Shown: in pieces, positions 61,801-64,000 of the stretch | How positions within the stretch are numbered: the first letter of the stretch is position 1 | Layout: the number at the start of each line of letters is the position of its first letter | Origin: Macrostomum lignano | Lineage: Eukaryota | Direction: 5' to 3' | DNA length: 64,000 nucleotides | Assembly: GCA_002269645.1 (NCBI GenBank) | Contig: NIVC01000553.1 | Span: forward strand, 27,373-91,372 | Program-made: the position numbers and the translations under genes | Notes under the pieces: generated by a model | Told to the model about the DNA's origin: nothing | Seen by the model: the letters and a program-made list of their open reading frames with translations, nothing else | The model's database searches: none

Positions 61801-64000
61801 TGGAGGGATTGCTGAGATGTCAAGACTTGGAGGGATTGCTGAGATGTCAAGACTTGGAGGGATTGCTGAGATGTCAAGACTTGGAGGGATTGCTGAGATG
61901 TCAAGGCTTGGAGGGATTGCTGAGATGTCAAGACTTGAGTCAGAAGCTACATGTAGTTTATTATAAAATTATTCTGTTGTTTGTTGGCTTCCCAATACAT
62001 CCCAATACATATGCAAGACATCTTTGTCCCTAATAATGTTTATAAAACTGAAGATTGAAGAATGAATTCTTTTAAGAAAATGTGCCTAGTTATTTGAATG
62101 GATTCTAGTTTTAAATAATTTTCGTCCTTTGCTTATTGGCCCCCCCGAAGGGGGGGCACTCGATTGCTAGTCCTCACTAAGCTCCTCAAACCCCACCCCT
62201 TGAACCAAGGTGGACCCAGAGACGCCGCTAACCGAGATCAAAAAGAAATACCGCCAAATGTCTCTGCTGGTACATCCGGACAAGAACCCGGGCACCGATA
62301 GAGACAGAGCTCAGCGCGCTTTCGAAGCTTGCAATCGAGCCTTCAAAACTTTGGACACTGACGAAGGATATAAGCGCTGCTTAGAGATTGTTGAGGAGGC
62401 CAAACGGAAAGTGGCCGAATCTATGGACGAGAAAAGGAAACGGAGGCGAAAGGAGGGATTGGTGAGTAGCCTCAGTAGATGTCACCATCCCTTTTATCTT
62501 TCAGTAGATGCCATCACCCTCTGATATTTCAGTAGAAGCCGCTATCCTCTTTGATCTCTCATTAGATGCCGATGTTCTATTTGATCTTTCAGTAAATGCC
62601 GCTATTCTCTTTGATTTTTCAGTAGATGCCGCTATTATTTTTTATCTGTCATTAGATGCCGCTGTTCTCTTTGATCTTTCAGTAAATGCCGCTATTCTCT
62701 TTGATCTTTCAGTATATGCCGCTATTCTCTTTGATCTTTCAGTAGATGCCGCGATTCTCTTTGATCTTTCAGTAAATGCCGCTATTCTCTTTGATCTTTC
62801 AGTAGATGCCGCTATTCTCTTTGATCTTTCAGTAGATGCCGCGATTCTCTTTGATCTTTCAGTAAATGCCGCTATTCTCTTTGATCTTTCAGTAGATGCC
62901 GCTATTCTCTTTGATTTTTCAGTAGATGCCGCTATTCTCTTTGATTTTTCAGTAGATGCAGCTATTCTCTTTGATCTCTCCTTAGATGCCGATATTCTCT
63001 TTGATCTTTTATTAGATGCCGCTATTCTCTTTAATCTTCAGTAGTTGCCACTATTCTCTTTAATCTTTTATTAGATGCCGCTATTCTCTTTGATTTTTCA
63101 GTAGACGCCGCTATTCTTTTTGATCTCTCCTTAGATGCCGATATTCTCTTTAATCTTCAGTAGATGCCACTATTCTCTTTAATCTTTTATTAGATGCCGC
63201 TATTCTCTTTGATTTTTCAGTAGACGCCGCTATTCTTTTTGATCTTTCATTAGATGCCGCTATCCTCTTTAATCTCTCCTTAGATGCCGATATTCTCTTT
63301 GATCTTTTATTAGATGCCGCTATTCTCTTTAATCTTCAGTAGATGCCACTATTCTCTTTAATCTTTTATTAGATGCCGCTATTCTTTTTGATCTTTCAAT
63401 AGATGCCGCTATTCTCTTTGATCTCTCCTTGGATGCCAATATTCTCTTTGATATTTCATTAGATGCCGCTGTTCTCTTTGATTTTTAGTAGATGCCGCTA
63501 TTCTCTTTAATCTTTCAGTAAATGCCGCCTATCTTATACCCAGTTAAGCAGGCCCGTAAATCAGTCTAGTGCAACCAACCAACTGCACCCGCAGAGCTCC
63601 GAGATTGAAGAGGACGATCCCGCTGGCCACCGCAAGGCGGTGTACGTGCAGACCTGTCGCCTATTCGCCGACCTGGAGAAACTGCGCCAGAACGAGGAGA
63701 CCAGAGCCGCCAATGAGAGGAAGCGCAAAGCGGTAGAAGAGGAGGCGGCAAAAGAAGCCAAAGAGCACCAGCGGGAGTGGCAGAAAAATTTTGAAGAATC
63801 TCGCCACGAACGAACTCAGAGTTGGAGAAGCTTTAATGCAGCTGGCCTGCTGCTGCTTCATCTGCCCAGCCGCTGTTCCCAGCTCCGGAGAATCATTGCC
63901 TAAAAAGAAGAAAAAGCAAAGAAAGGCAAAGGCAATCAGTTAGGCTTCGGATTTCGACCGCCGAAGCATAAAGCTGAGGAGAGGCCTCAGAATCAGAGTT
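55824..64000 (+). CDS. DNAJC8: DnaJ homolog subfamily C member 8 (SPF31-like); exons 55824-55874, 60408-60518, 62210-62461, 63595->64000
   Basis: FQKFYEE|VKQIEHRDAVLTPKQQIDRLNRPGSSYFNLNPFDVLQ|VDP..YRQMSLLVHPDKN..EWQKNFEESR..SWRSF..FRPPKHKAEER. All junctions are phase 0. The tail contains apparent frameshifts (see findings). Confidence 0.92.
60665..61940. repeat. 27-bp minisatellite, DNAJC8 intron 2 (two subtypes)
   Basis: GGGGGATTGCTGAGATGTCAGGCTTAT switches near 61020 to GGAGGGATTGCTGAGATGTCAAGACTT. Confidence 0.95.
62500..63535. repeat. 30-bp minisatellite filling DNAJC8 intron 3
   Basis: Unit AGTAGATGCCGCTATTCTCTTTGATCTTTC. Confidence 0.95.

Noticed and set aside
60665-63535. Regular 27- and 30-bp repeats as a possible CRISPR array or repeat proteins
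   Set aside because: The units are head-to-tail with no unique spacers, there are no cas genes, and they lie in DNAJC8 introns of a eukaryote.

Overview
Eukaryotic (metazoan) genomic DNA, not prokaryotic. GC-rich exons, minisatellite-packed introns, poly-Q/poly-A tracts and a TTAGGG-type repeat suggest a Macrostomum-like flatworm; this is an inference, not a database result. I assembled exon chains by hand using GT..AG boundaries and phase checks. Genes in order: 3' end of an unidentified gene (+), an intronless orphan ORF (-), SLC22-type transporter (+), ADO cysteamine dioxygenase (-), ANKRD63-like (+), an LRR protein (-), TMEM179 (-), TBCC (-), Pinin (-) and DNAJC8 (+, runs off the window). 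There are about 28 separate tandem arrays, most with a private 16-55 bp unit and many filling an intron almost from donor to acceptor. There are also two tRNA-derived SINE families (3 copies each) and several non-autonomous DNA transposons with readable TIRs and TSDs, including a nested fold-back element just after the Pinin stop codon. Most long ORFs in the track are artefacts of the repeats. I found no CRISPR array and cannot claim a new biological system. The best leads are intron-filling private minisatellites, a TBCC intron built from a repeat carrying splice acceptors, the nested hairpin MITE, CpG-decay evidence for regional methylation, and a triple-frameshifted DNAJC8 tail.
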